From: Eledone cirrhosa
Taxonomy: Eukaryota
Assembly: GCA_964016885.1 (NCBI GenBank)
Contig: OZ024744.1
Coordinates: 37,882,001 to 37,946,000 of the forward strand
Reading direction: 5' to 3'
DNA: 64,000 bases
The notes beneath the pieces are model-generated. The model was given only the letters and a program-made list of their open reading frames with translations, was not told the origin of the DNA and did no database searches. Shown here piece after piece: positions 1 to 13,267 of the stretch; the stretch's first letter is position 1, and the number at the start of each line of letters is the position of its first letter. The position numbers and the translations under genes are program-made.

Positions 1-811
1 TCATCGGTAAGTAAATAATTTCATCCGCTGGTTTTATGTACATTGATTTGTCCGTTAAAGAAAAGAATTCTGTATATACGTGAATGTTAGCAGGGATTTC
101 TCCTTTAGCAACAAGGAATTCAATTACTGCTTTTTGCTTCTGACAGACTTCCAATGGAGCGGCCATCTTGAAATCAACTCAGTTACTCATACAAATCTGA
201 AAAATGAGACATTTTAATCTTAAGAAGATATGTGCATTTAACTTTGTGCCAAATATCTACTCGATCTATAAAAGAAAATGAGCCTGCTATGATAAAAAGG
301 GTTTACTTTTTGACTAGCCCTCGTACACTGTTTCTATCTACCAAATTACACTCAAATGCAATTGGTATAACGGAGCCTAATCGAGAAAACAATTATTGTC
401 TTCTGCTGTGCAGTGGGATCGAGCCTGAAACAATGTAATTTTGAAACGAACCATTTACACATATAGCTATCTCAGCACCTATAGAAGGATTTTCGATTTT
501 CTTTTCCACATTTATCATCCTGAAAGTTGTTTGTTCCAGCTGATTTATCAATGGAACAGCCTGGTGGTGTGATTATCGTGAAAATGTCTAGACATACACT
601 GATACGTGTGGCTTTATCGTATTTCTGAGATTTGACGTGGCACCGTGTGAGACAATGCCGGCATCAAAAATATGTGCTCACTACAGGCACAACTCATTTT
701 TTCCAGCTAAGCCTCTCACAAAAAGAGAATGTGAGTTCACTAAACATACTTTATGTACTAGTGATTTATTTTCCCCATTGTTTCATTAAGTTCTTCTTCG
801 TCCACTTATTC

Positions 812-1115
812 CCGAGAGGTTCGTGGTGGTAGAGTCCTCAAACACTCATTGCAATTGATCCTGTCAGAAGTGACCGTCTTCAACTGATATGGCTGGATGC
901 CCAAGCGTGACCAGCCAAGCCATGGATGTTATCCAACCATCTTGCTCGGGGTCTACCCTTGGGTCTCTTGCTGGTTAGGTTTGCCAGTAAAATATGTCCA
1001 GCGATTCTTTCTTGAGTCATTCTAATCACATGTCATAGTATCGAATCTGTGATCTCTCAATTCGGAGAAGTAGTGACTCTACCTTGAATGACTCTCTGAT
1101 CTCCAAGCTACGCAA
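812..1115 (-). mobile_element. RTE-clade LINE, decayed 3' fragment
   Basis: Minus strand translates to LLLRIERSQIRY..RMTQERIA..SKRPKGRPRARW, an RTE C-terminal motif. Homologous to 24022-24255. Confidence 0.75.
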
Positions 1116-1169
1116 TTGTCCAGTTTGTCTTTCACTTCGGTTATAATACACTTCCATCTAGAATACTCC

Positions 1170-1350
1170 ACTAGTGCAAGTAATTGACTTCAGCACTTTA
1201 GTTGTGTTTTGTTTTATCGACCCCGGAAGGATGAAGAAAGTAAAGTTGATAACGACAGGATTTGAACTCAGAACGTAAATGAGCATAACATGATAAGGCA
1301 AGACATATGGTGAAGCATTTTACGATTCTAACTCCTTCGTAATTTACCGA
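1170..1350 (-). mobile_element. tRNA-derived SINE family A (diverged)
   Basis: Reverse complement of gagttcaaatc (B box) and the ctttcatcctt..ggggtcgataaaa core. Confidence 0.7.
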
Positions 1351-1552
1351 TAGATAATTTAAACAGTTGATATTTTTATTGGGTACTTGACATTCAAACT
1401 ATCGCCTGTATTTTCATAGCATTTAAATACAACACGTTTTATCAAGTTAAGTCTATAGTTTCTCACTGATCCACTTGTCTCTAATATATTATTATTAATT
1501 GTCATGTGTTATTTAGCATTCTTACCGTCATTGGGAAACTAATTCCCAACTA

Positions 1553-1758
1553 TAGGCACAAGGTCTGCAATTTGGGGGGAGGGGAAAGTCGACTAAATTG
1601 ACCCCAGTGCATTACTGATACTTCATTTTACCAACCTCGTAAGGATGAAAGGCAAAGTTAACCATGGTAGGATTTGAACTCAGATCGTAAAGGGGTGTAA
1701 CCCTATGCCATAAAGCATGATGTCTAACGTTCTACCGACACTGCCAATCCACCGCCCT
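1553..1758 (-). mobile_element. SINE family A
   Basis: Full head ggcggtggattggcag, B box gagttcaaatcc and tail ccttgtgccta on the minus strand. Confidence 0.85.
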
Positions 1759-1760
1759 GG

Positions 1761-1916
1761 GTCGCTACAGTGATAATAATAACAGCGTAAGACAATCGGA
1801 TAAAAAAAATCCCTTAGTACCCAAAAATAAGTTTGCAACAGCTAGCCACGTAATTTATGTCCCTAGAATTATTTTACCCAATGTTTTAACGCTACTATCA
1901 TTATCACTGTAGCGAC
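1761..1916. repeat. Inverted repeat, arms about 50 bp
   Basis: gtcgctacagtgataat... pairs with ...attatcactgtagcgac. Confidence 0.75.
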
Positions 1917-1919
1917 TCG

Positions 1920-2048
1920 TCTTCAAATCCCGTCTTTCATTCTTAAGGGGTCAACAAAATAAACACTAGTAATGCAATGCCGTCAATTTAATGGACTTTC
2001 CCCTCTCCATAAAACCTTTGGCATTGTGCCTAAACCAGAAACCATTAT
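1920..2048 (+). mobile_element. SINE family A, partial
   Basis: ttcaaatccc...ctttcattcttaaggggtcaacaaaat...ttgtgcctaaaccagaaaccattat. Confidence 0.65.
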
Positions 2049-2954
2049 CCATGTAATGACTACGCGTTTGGATATGAACATTATAACATTTTATTAGCTC
2101 TGTTATTACAACCATAGTAAATAGAATGCCAAATTCCACTAACTCAAAATTTTTCTTGTTTAAAATAAATACACGGGGATCAGTTAGTGATTGTAGGCAA
2201 CACGGCTAGTTAAATCTAGAAATAGATTAAAAGTCGGTTAAAATTTAATTTAATTTATTTATTTATCTTACGGTTCTACCTGTCATCACTCCTTAATAGA
2301 TTGTAATAGATTGCAGCATGATTGCGTAATCGGAAACGGGAGAAATAATGAATATATCGGAATTAACATAAAAAACAAATAAATAAACAAATAGTATCAC
2401 AAGGAACAGAATATACTTCAGTATCTTATATTAAGTTAGAAAAGAAACATTTGCTTTATTAAAAACTTTTAACCATTGGTCACACTTATCCTTAAAAATA
2501 ACTCTCTTATAATTATAGTACTTCACATAAAATCGATAATAAATTTTCTTCTGGACTTTTGATTTAACTTTTATACAACAATACACTAATCGAATAATCG
2601 GACACCGGAAATTAATTTATCCTTCAAAGTAAGGGTGATGCTACTTCAATTACCAAAAAGTCCTTCTTCAATACTTGTTCAGTATTAAATTTATCCCGAA
2701 GAGAGAAATTCTGAAGCAGTTTTTCACAAATGTTTAAGTACGACTTGTATATCACAATCCTATTTGCAGTTTGTTTTATATTTAGCACAGTTAATTTGAG
2801 TCATACATCCATTATCACTATCGAAAGCACAGCTATTCTTTTTCTGTCGGTTTTTAGATGGAAACATTTAGTCAAATAGCGCTTAGTTAGCCATACATCT
2901 AATCGTCACAAAGAAGTCTTTAATTTCAAAGTCCAGTCTGCAATAAAATCAAAT

Positions 2955-3260
2955 TTGAAAATACCAGGGCTTATCTAGTCGCTTCTTCTTAGTACGGATC
3001 GGTGTCGAGACGGCAGGCGTCCGCGGACACCGTACAACTGACCTCCGTAAAATCGGAATGACAACAGCCCGTCTGAGGAAGGAGCTCCACGTGGTGGGCT
3101 GGCTCTTGCAGCAGGTGTCACTTGCCCTTGCCTTCGGCAATGCTTTTACTATTTTGTCCACGGAGCGCAGCCAAAACACAGCTCTGACTTTGGTGTACAG
3201 TCTGTCAACCTCTACCCTACTTTCATTGCTTAACAATCCTTGCTCTTTCACTCCTTACCC
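2955..3260 (+). mobile_element. CRE-clade non-LTR retrotransposon, 3' end fragment
   Basis: KYQGLSSRFFLVRIGVETAGVRG...WLLQQVSLALAFGNAFTIL matches the CRE C-terminal pattern (P.AVET.G...QRLS.A..RGNA). Confidence 0.7.
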
Positions 3261-4499
3261 CTCTTTTGGGGGGAATGAGGTGGGGTAGTTTTTATTAACT
3301 ACTCCTATCAACTTTACGTAATTAACGTAGTATTAACTTAATTATGTTGTCAAACAACATTCAAAGCGAATGAAATGATTTACTAGCCAATCAAATTACC
3401 ACATTGAGGCTCCTTCATTTTAAAGTAGAGTTTAATATTTAGGTAAATATAAAAGTGAGTTTAAAAAAAAACAACTAAATATGTTAGATTTCTCAGAGGC
3501 TTTGCTACCTCTTCTCCAAATAAACTAGTGGAATAAAGTGTCTTGACACACTGGTATGTGAAATACTCATAATACAGAGAGATGGGGAGGGCGAGAGAGA
3601 TGGAGGCGATGACAGTGGGAATTCGGCTCTTCCATGTTCGGTCACATTGGTAAGCACTTGGAATTTGGTTTGTTTCCTCGAGTGTTCGAAGTGAAGCATT
3701 CTATTTAATTTATTTGAGATGTGTTTATAATGGTTGGCATCTTACACTTCTATATACTATAAGACTTTACAACAAATTATCTATACATTCATATTTGCCT
3801 TCTCATTCCACTTTGAAAATTCATTTTAACTATGGTTAATGCTGCTCGTTTTATAATTTTTCTCCGAAAACAAATGTATTCGCTCAATATCTCCAGTTCA
3901 AGCTTAACCTTAATTTCTTTGAATACTTTTTTAATTAGTTAAGCCAATTTTTTTTCACATATTTGGCGAAGAAAACGTTATTTCTTCAGTGATAGTCAAT
4001 GAGTGAAGTGACAAAGTTCAACAACATCATTGATATATGGTTCTTTAATATTTTGTGAAGTATCTGCATTTATAGAAATTCACCGATTTAACAATTAAAA
4101 AGCAGGCAGAAAATTTAATATATACGAGTTTTTTCTTTGTTTATTTTTCGTTTGTTTGCTGTTTTTCCAGGACTACACAATTTGCAGAATTTAGTTTCGT
4201 TTATACATGGCTGCAATCTTCCTCAAACTTTTCATTGAATATTGAAAGTTAATCCTATAAATGAATTAAAATCAACGAATTATATATCTTTGGAAAACAA
4301 ATCTCAAAATTTTTGGATTGAATACATCTGTTGAGTATTTAAATACCAGATTAAATTATATTAATAGATGTAAACACATCGCCAACATTTATTTGGATAA
4401 TTAAAAATGCGTACGTCCATTTCACTAAATGAAACATCCAAACAATGACTCACCATACACACTTACAAAGCATTCACCCAACGCTCTAGCAAAGGCTAG

Positions 4500-4605
4500 A
4501 AGGGGTAGAGCGTTGGGTGAATGCTTTGTAGTATTTGGCAATGGTGGTACTTTACGTTCGGAGTTCAAATCCCACCGAGAGTACCTTTTCCTTTCATCCT
4601 TACCG
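4500..4605 (+). mobile_element. SINE family A, 5' part
   Basis: ggtagagcgttgg...gagttcaaatcccaccgag...cctttcatccttac. Confidence 0.7.
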
Positions 4606-4649
4606 AAATTGAAGCGAATGGACGTTGAAGCGAATGGAAGTACTATCGT

Positions 4650-6021
4650 GAGCTCGTAAGTTTATTTTGTTCAACGGTTTGAAATACGTTTCTCATTAAT
4701 ATTTTTGTTTCAAATGGGAAATAAGATTTAGTCTTTGTCCCCAAGACTCCCCATAATACTTGGGCCTTTTGGCTCAAATATTTAAACTTTGTGTGTTTAA
4801 AAGAAAATTTTTATTAAAAAGAAAACATGGCGGAGGCAGTTCCAACTGTCTGAGAGGTACCGACTAGATTTCCCTAATGCGCCAGTGGAGACCTGGACTA
4901 ACCGCAAAGGGTAATCTAGATCGTATATAGACAGGATATTCATTAGGAAAATAGATAGAAATAGTATAAGCTGTCCACAGTCGCCTATTCAGATCACACA
5001 TTTGTGATCTGTATTGTCGACCTAGATAAGACGTGTAGGTTAGGACCTGGTTACTGGAAGCTGAACATGTAAAATCCGGCACGTAAGGCTTACAGGGACC
5101 GGGTCAACAATTTAGTTGAGAAAAAGTTGACAGGGGAGTCGTCAACAATAGATGGCGGGGGGCTCTAAAAAGAGAGATTAGAGTAATGTCGATAGAATTC
5201 AGCAAAGAAGTAGCGTTAGAGAAAAATAGAAAGGAGGGGGAGTTGGTAGATAAGTTAGACGAGGCTATTGGTAATGGTATTGCAACTGATGTGCTAGCGG
5301 CGAGAATGGCATTAGACCATTTCTTCAATGCGAAACACGAAGGTTGCATTGTCAGAGCTAAGGTGCGTGCTCTGAGAACGAGGGAACCAAAGCTGTTCGA
5401 TGGGCCCGCGTGGCAGAGGCGCTGCGTGGACTGCCCTACGAGCTTTACGTAAATATGCCAGACTTCTTCTCCGAACTCCTCGAAGCCCTCTACTGCAACT
5501 GGCAGCAAAATGGGAGTATTCCCAGTTCTGTGAGCCGGGGCGTAGTGAGGCTGATAAGGAAATGCGAGAACAAGAGGGACACATTAGTCAATTTCAGGCC
5601 TATAACTCTGCTCAACACAGAGTTTAACACAGAGTTTTGGCCAGGGTGTTAGCGAAGAGGTTGGCGCTTGTCATCGGGGATTTGGTTGGGGAGGCGCAAA
5701 CTTGCGCAATCCCAACCAGGTCCATACACGACAACCTCCACCTAATGAGATACATTATAGAGAGGGTAGGGTGTAAACCTGGCTTCGGTGGGGCTCTGAT
5801 CAATTTAGATCAATCGAAAGCATTCGATAGGGTCGACCATCGGTACCTGGAGGCTGTCCTCAAGGCGGCTGGCTTCGGCCCCGTCTTCAGAAGCTGGATC
5901 GCTGCAATGCACAGCGGCACCTGCTCGGTGGTCAAAATTAATGGCCACCTCTCGGAACCGTTTCAGGTCTCGCGATCGGTCCGGCAAGGGTGCCCTCTCT
6001 CCTCCCTTCTGTACGTATTGA
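4650..6021 (+). mobile_element. Tx1/L1-clade LINE, internally deleted copy related to 55714-61735
   Basis: 5'UTR-like end (aaaacATGGC at about 4826) is fused to ORF2 segments colinear with 58578-59160 and 59437-60027 (NFRPITLLN, LDQSKAFDRV, SVRQGCPLS). Cut off by the adjacent CRE element. Confidence 0.9.
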
Positions 6022-7870
6022 GCGATTCTAGCTCACGAGGTTCACACCTGCGGCTGGCCAGCTCAGTGCCTATGGTGTAGGGAGGTAGCCCTAGGGCCAA
6101 GGAAACCAGAAGTATCCACTGCCAAGAGTACGACCGCAAACCTGTCGGAGAGCGACCGGTACTTGGAGAGTTTGGCCTCCTCAGCCCGACGTGCAGCAGA
6201 ACCTGGGTTAGTCGCAGACTGCACCAGGTTGCGGCTGGAGAAAGTGTCTCTGCAAGTGGCATCCCATACGAGGTGTTTGCCACCGCGGAACGGGAAATGG
6301 TCATTCTGTCTGGACTTTTGCCCTCCCCTCGGTCCAGGCCCAACGGTTCGAGCTTGGAAGAGAAGCCTGCATCATCCAAGCCATGCATTATGACCAGGTT
6401 GAGGACAGCATGGCATGGAAGGCGGCCGGCACTGTGGCGACAGGAAAGCGGGTGGAGGGCGAAAGGGTCCACGGTGGATCCCCAGCTACATTTGTGTGGC
6501 TCGCAGATCCGGAGGCCAAGCCTCGGGGAAACGCTGATGCACAGACTATCGTTATCCAGCTGCGTGCTATGGAGAAGGGGAAAAAGGCACGGATCCAGGC
6601 CCCACTGTGGAGTTTGGAGGCCGCACGAAAACAAGCAAGGTGGTGTTGGTCGAGCTGGCGCGTGATCCTGTCTGAGGCCAGGCTGCACTGGATGGTTTCC
6701 CAAATGCTTTGGGGGGAGTTAACGTCAGCAGGGGGAGAAGGAGGAGGGACGTCTACTGGGCTAAGTCACAGACTGTCCCACGTCTCACAGGCGGCCTCAT
6801 GTTCCCTGATCACAGGGGGTTCCTTTGTGTTTTGGAGAACCCTGCTCACGAGGACGCGGCATGAGATTACCAACGAAAGAAACGCCGGCAAAGTCCGAGA
6901 GATCAGGGACCGGAGGCCAAGATCATCCTATCTGACAGGTAAAGTGACCTGTTGCCATCCAATCTCGTCAAATCGGACACTGCATATCTCCTCGCCTGTC
7001 GCTCGGATACAAATATCGAGGTCAACGAGGAGAGATGCGTGGGTGTAGCACGGAGCACAGCGACGGGTGTAGAGGAGCTTAGGCATGGCGAAGCAGTTCC
7101 TCAACAGGAAGAGAGCTGGGTGGCCGTCGATCAAGCCCAGTCGGCTCGTGAGGGTCTGGAGTTGTTGGAGCCTGGACCTGCTGGTTGAGCGGTTGGCCGG
7201 TGGTTGAATCGGTGACCCGAGAATGAGGACATCATCTTTGGGGGTCATCTGAACCTGGTGGATAATGAACTGCACGTCCGAGACGGAGGCTGCAAAGCTC
7301 TCAGCATCGTGGCTGACATACACCACCACCAACTTGGACGAGTTGATCCGGAGGCCGATTCCTGCCAGAGCAGGAACCACCGAATGTAGGTCATGGCAGA
7401 TAGTCTCTACCGGCCCAACCAACGTAGCATTATCCAGATACCAAACGTTGAGAGGAGCCGTGATACTCCGGGCAATGTCGTCTATACCAAGGACAAACAG
7501 GAGGGGGTCCAAAGAGTCGCCCTGTTGGACCCCAGCGGCCGAAGGTTTGACCGTATCAGCAGCAAGGAGTATGCTTGGGGCTCCATATGACAAGTAGGCC
7601 AGCGGATAGGCAGAGGGAGCTCGGCTGAGGCAGGATTCGAGCAGATGGTCTCGGCGTATACAGTTAAAAGCGTTCCTCATGTCAAGCTTGACAATGAGTT
7701 GCCTGGAGTCCCTGGATGCCGGTTCCGGTTGGCAGCTATCGAAGATCTGCCTGGTTGCATGTGCGGCCCCCTCACAGCCACCGGAGACGCCGACACCCAG
7801 TTCAGGTGTTATGGATCTGCAGACCACCTTAGCAGCCAGCCTCCGGAAGACGGTGTCCACAGCGATGTGG
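6022..7870 (-). mobile_element. CRE-clade non-LTR retrotransposon (RT plus restriction-like endonuclease), decayed and 5'-truncated
   Basis: RT: RRLAAK, GVGVSGGCE, KLDMRNAFN, GVQQGD, WYLDN. Then HSGAW, CEPHKCS..HPLSC..H knuckle, LEPLGL..GKSPD RLE and a WDATC motif. Confidence 0.9.
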
Positions 7871-7899
7871 CGTATGCCACCCTCTTTCTTCCTAAACTG

Positions 7900-8045
7900 A
7901 TTTCTTCTTCTTCTTCTTCTTCTTCTTCTTCTAATAACAATAACAATAGTTTCAATGATATCAGTAGTATTGGTAGTAATGTTAGTAATAGCAGTAACAG
8001 CAGCAGTGGCAATAGTTGTGGTGGTGGTAATGTTGTGGTGGTGTA
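7900..8045. repeat. (TTC)n and low-complexity trinucleotide repeats
   Basis: Seen directly. Confidence 0.85.
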
Positions 8046-8188
8046 ATGTTATATTTATCGCAGGCTCTATACTGCACTATGGAGTACACATGACAATGCT
8101 CTGACTAACAACTTTTTACAGTCATATCTAGTATACTAATTAATGTCTACCATCTCGTATGTTTGTTTGTTTATTTGTTTTACACTTT

Positions 8189-8387
8189 CGAACGTAGGTT
8201 GAAAAGTTCATAAACTGACTAAGAAGGAATGATGCTAGGTTGTGAAATCTTGCATTCATTAATTTCAACTCTTCTTATTAATAACTGTATTGTTTCTTTC
8301 CAGGTATTATGTTGAAAAATAAACCTCATTTGGTCATTCCATAAGAGCATCTTGGTCAGCCTATGAACTTTTCAGCCATATATCGTA
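8189..8387. mobile_element. Tc1/mariner-type MITE
   Basis: TIRs tgaaaagttcata..ctgac / gtcagcctatgaacttttca, ending tcgTA. A second copy lies at 12564-12757. Confidence 0.75.
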
Positions 8388-9274
8388 GCTCTTTTTCAGT
8401 ATTAATGTATGGCATTTAAAATATGTCTTACTATTATTTTTTTATGTGTGCGTTGTTCTCTGATTAGTTTTGTGATTCTTGATTATTTGCCTGCTGTGTT
8501 TTATATAATTGGCATGTACTGTATACTTCGTTTCTAGTTGTTTATCATATGTATCTAATAATTTCTAGTCACGGCAATTAGTAAATATTTGGAACTACAT
8601 CCAAATAGCTAGTATTAGATTGCTGAGGAAGCATACACTACAGATGGAGTTAGAGTTTATATTTCCCTATCTTGTCTTTATCTACAGAAATCTTTGATAT
8701 GTTTAATGAATCTGCATATCCTATTTATGGCATGTGTGTTTGTGTGTGTATTAGGTATGTGTGTGGAATGTGAGTGGTTTCTACACGCATTCTCATTTTT
8801 CGAAAACACTAATTTAAAAACAAACAAAAAAAATATTTATTTATCTAAGTCTGTCAGATAATTTTGGTCAGGATATTTGCTAATCGTAATGTTTCCAGAC
8901 TAACACCATGTGAGTAGTTAAGAAAAATGTAATTTTCAACGCCTTCACTTCAGAATTCGTTCGTTGAAGCCAAATGAAATGGCAGCTCTTGTGTGGAAAT
9001 GAAAATTGATTTGATAATAAGAACCCAGGTCAGAATTAATTAAGTAAAATTTACGTCCGATTTACGTGCTGAATATATTTCTCAATTATGAATATTTTAT
9101 GAAGATTAATCCGATGTCAGCTTGAATAATGGCTTCATTCTGAGTTCTATTTGGCAAGCGATGAGTGGAGATTTGTATGTTATTAAAATGAATGTTAAAA
9201 TCTCATGCCTAGAGACTCATTAGGTTGGTGATTATCACTAAAAGGATATAAGTTCAGCCCATGTTTAACTCCCA

Positions 9275-9420
9275 GATAATACTGGTACTCATATTCAGCA
9301 GAGTGTACTGGAGCAGCGTGAAATAAAGTATTTTGCTCTATAACACAAAGTACCACCAGGTACAAGAATCGAACCTACGATATTCTGATTGTAAAACTAA
9401 TACTTTAACCACACCTTCAC
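9275..9420 (-). mobile_element. tRNA-derived SINE family B
   Basis: Minus strand gtggttaaag..ggttcgatt..gagcaaaatacttt..tcacgctgctccagt. Related to 23166-23285. Confidence 0.6.
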
Positions 9421-9516
9421 TTTGTGTGTTGAGTCGTGATTTATTCATTATATAAATAAACAGAAGTAGCTATTAACTGTTATTCATGTATTCTTTTAAC
9501 AGCTTCAACCGTTGCA

Positions 9517-10020
9517 TTATAAAGCCTCCTTTTCATTGTTTTCTTGATCGGAGACAACCACACCTTCGATAGGGAGTAGAGAGCACCAACTCCCTCCGCC
9601 CCGTGCTTTGCCTATCCCGGTGTCCACATCGTGCTCTGTGTTTACGGAACTACCAAGGTACAAGAATTCATCCACTTCTTCAATCTCCGAACCATCTAGG
9701 GGCATGAATTTTGTTTTTGACAACATTGAAAATTAATCTAATGAACTGCACTGCAGCCTCCACTCAATGTCACACTTGCTCAGCTTCTTTGTTGGTGTTT
9801 TCCAGGAGAGCTATGTCACCTGTCTAAGCCAACTCAGGTAGAACTTCCTCTGGATGTCGGGTTATTAGCCGAATTTTCAACCTTATCCTGTATTATTGTG
9901 CAATAGCATTACGCACTGCATAATGAAGGCATGTCACAAAAAGGAAAGGGATCAGAGGATCTCCCGGGAGGACACCGGTAACAATAGAGAATAGTTCAAA
10001 ATTTAGTGAGGGTGTCATTA
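9517..10020 (-). mobile_element. RTE-clade LINE RT fragment, decayed
   Basis: TGVLPGDPL.PFLF, GDIALL, KTKFM..EIEEVDEFLYLGS. Confidence 0.75.
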
Positions 10021-11607
10021 TAAGAGCTGACGTTTTCTCAAAATGGAATTTAATTGCATATACAAGAAGAACTTTTAGCTTCTTCGGTCGATCTAATCAA
10101 AAGCATCCTTAAAAGAGGGAAGACTGGTATGTATGGGCAACTTGCCCGGGGTTGTGCCCCGGAGAGGTACTTTTCAAGTGAACAAAAGTAAAAAATCCAA
10201 TGGATTTTCTTTCTACATACACAGATGCACACACACACACACACAGAGATGGGGGGGGGGGAGAGAAGGAGAGAGACAGAAAGAGGAGGAGAGAGTGAGA
10301 TAGACAGGGAGAGAGAGAGAGAGAGATTAAGTAGAATGGAAGTCAGTACTCACTGGAACCATACAACCGCCGTAAGTCTGGAATACAACCCATACGAGAT
10401 GGTCCACGCGACTGCATTGAGTGCTGCAATCTGCAGCTATAGTTACACGCCTAACTAACATATTATATATGTGTGTGTGTGTGTACGTGTGTGTGATTAT
10501 GTGCGTATAGTGAGTGTGTGTATTGGTTTATAGGCTTATATTGTTATGAACCGTTGAACCGTTTATAGTCGTGTAGCTTACAGCCCAACAGTGATGTTAG
10601 CACTGCGAAATCGTCTTTACAACTTATATATCCTTTTACTTGTTTCTATTCATTTTTTTTTTTTTTAATATTTTGTTATTAGTATTTACTTATTTATTTT
10701 TACTCTCTTCTAGAATTTTTATTCCTTTTGTCGCCATGGTGTCCGGTTTGTGTTTTATTGTGGTGGCGGCTAAGTTCATGCACACGCAGAGGAACGTAAA
10801 GCATATACATATAGATTTATAAATAGATAGATAATTAGAAAAACAGGGAGAGAAAGAGAAGGCTAGAGAGAGGAAGGGGTGTTAATTATTGTACCATAGC
10901 ATTGCTTCTTTGTGATTTCTTGGTATAATATCCACACGAATGTCATTCATCAATCTGCCATGTTTGTCCCTCATATGCTGTTAAAATTTATTTCTGATTT
11001 AATTATTCCGGTGTTCATCAAACCATTCACATATGCTCCCGTTTGTCTCTCCTACAGAAATACATTAGATTTTCCAAGTACTTTATGCAGCACTTACTAT
11101 TTCTCGTCCTGTAGCTAGGATATTGACATTGATACACTAATACAAATCTTGCCATCTTTTCTAAATATATAGTTGTCAAAAAGATATGATTTATCAACGA
11201 TATATTTGATGGATTTATGTGCTTTATTGTTTGTTTCACACGATTGCGATATTAAGATTAGTGGAGTTTTTCTAGAAATATGTATTTCTATATTATATGG
11301 CGCCTACCAAAAATATATTTCCGAAATCAAACAAAACTGAAGAAAGACTTTACGAGACCGCACGAACTTAGAAATATCAGAGCCGTAAAATTTCCTTAAA
11401 TTCACACCATGATTTATTTTAGGGAGGAAAGAAACCATTGGTTCTAGAGATACTTAAAAAATGTAAGACGATAATTTTGGGAATGTTGACCTAGGATTTA
11501 ACGATATACATGATATAAAATTCGGGCCAACAAACATACCTTTACTTGACAGCTTGATCTGCAAGACGTAATAACTAAAGATCCTCCAAATCATGCATTA
11601 TCTACTG

Positions 11608-11774
11608 CAGTGGTTCCCAAAGTGGGTTCGGCAAAAGAGTGTTTGGGGTCCCGTGAAAAAGGTAGAGGAGTATATTTACATTGCAACTATATAGCAGCAT
11701 TAGACTTTGGGGTCCCCACAAAAGTTTCTAAAACAAAAAAGGGTCCCGCGTTTGAAAAAGTTTGGGAAATCCTG
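11608..11774. mobile_element. hAT (Charlie-like) MITE
   Basis: TIRs CAGTGGTTCCCAAA / TTTGGGAAATCCTG with a perfect 8-bp TSD ATCTACTG (11600-11607 and 11775-11782). Confidence 0.9.
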
Positions 11775-11807
11775 ATCTACTGTGATAAAGGGAGAATGAA
11801 AAACTGA

Positions 11808-11990
11808 ATAATTGTTTCTACTTTTGGCAAAGGCCAGCAATTACCCAGTATATTACTGGTATTTTATCGACCCCGTAAGGATGAAAGGCAAAGTTAACCT
11901 CGGCGGGATTTGAACTCAGACCATAAAGGGCCGTAACTCTATACTGCAAAGCATGGCGTCAGACCCTCTAACGATACTGCCAATCTACAA
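11808..11990 (-). mobile_element. SINE family A
   Basis: Reverse complement of gagttcaaatcccgccgaggttaactttgcctttcatccttacggggtcgataaaa. Confidence 0.9.
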
Positions 11991-12563
11991 TGTAAATCCA
12001 ATCTGTATAAATAGTACATATTTTTAAATTGAAGTTTTGAGAAATGTGTATGTAAACACACACATTTAAGTACGTAAACACACACATGTAAGTACGTAAA
12101 CATGTTTATCTACGTATTGAAAAAAATATGAATAAGTTGACTTGAGTTTCGATCTTTCTTGACATCTACATCGGAAACTGTTTGTATCCTTCACAATCTT
12201 CGAAGACATGCACACATACGCATACGCACACGCACCCACACACACGCATTTGAAGGTTTTATATACCCAGCAAATGTGGCAGAACTAAAGAACTGATTCC
12301 AGTAATTTGCATAGTGTTGGTGCTTATGTTGGTAGTTATTTCAGTAACTGAATAATTCAGGACAGCCCAAGGAATGCTGTGAGAAAATAGGTTGTGTTTT
12401 TTCTCGTACAAAGTTGGCCAAGATTTACAAAATAACGTTATCGAATTTATTGTTGTAGTTTAACGACTTTCCAGTATAATACTATCATGGAAAGAATTAC
12501 AGCCGATGAATTTCAGGAAGTCACCCGACAGCACATTCAACCCTTATGTGTATCGACGTGCTG

Positions 12564-12757
12564 TACGAGACTGGTTCATACGTTGATTATGAAGGAATGA
12601 TGCTAGAGCTGTAAAATCTTGCAAGCATTAATTTCAACTCTTCTTATTAACAACTGCATTATTTCTTTCCAAAGAATATGCTAGAAAAAACTCATTTGGT
12701 CCATAATTCCATGAGATTATCTTGCTTAGTTTATGAACTTTTCAGCTGACTCTCATA
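12564..12757. mobile_element. Tc1/mariner-type MITE (same family as 8189-8387)
   Basis: Shared internal sequence gaaggaatgatgctag..aatttcaactcttcttatt and TA flanks. An isolated TIR also lies at 13270-13308. Confidence 0.75.
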
Positions 12758-13029
12758 CACATATGCGCACACACGCATACACATACACACACACACACGC
12801 ACACACACACATGCATACAGATATACATTCACACACAGAATCACGTACACGTATACACACAGACATATAGAAATGCACACTCACACGCAAAATCGCTCAC
12901 AAACACACACACACATACACACATGCACACACATACACACACACACACAACATTATATATATAATACGTACAAAATCAACCCAAACCAAACAGTGAGTGT
13001 GTTCTGTTATTTATTTCTGGCAATATAAA

Positions 13030-13200
13030 GGGCGGTGTATTGTAGAAGGTCGGACACCATGCTTTTCAGCATAGAGTTAACTTTGCCTTTTATCCTTACG
13101 GGGGTCGATAAAATAAAGAATCAGTAACGTACTGGGGTAGATTTAATCGACTTTCCACTCCCCGCCCCCAAGTGTTGTCCTTGTGCCTATATAAGAAACA
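13030..13200 (+). mobile_element. SINE family A (internal deletion)
   Basis: gggcggtg...ttaactttgccttttatccttacgggggtcgataaaat...ccttgtgccta. Confidence 0.85.
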
Positions 13201-13204
13201 ATAT

Positions 13205-13267
<63 letters not shown>

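Noticed and set aside
2290-4420. AT-rich tracts that look like very old LINE/PLE coding remnants (for example NKCWRC on the minus strand)
   Set aside because: Too many stops and no diagnostic motif could be confirmed, apart from the CRE fragment listed
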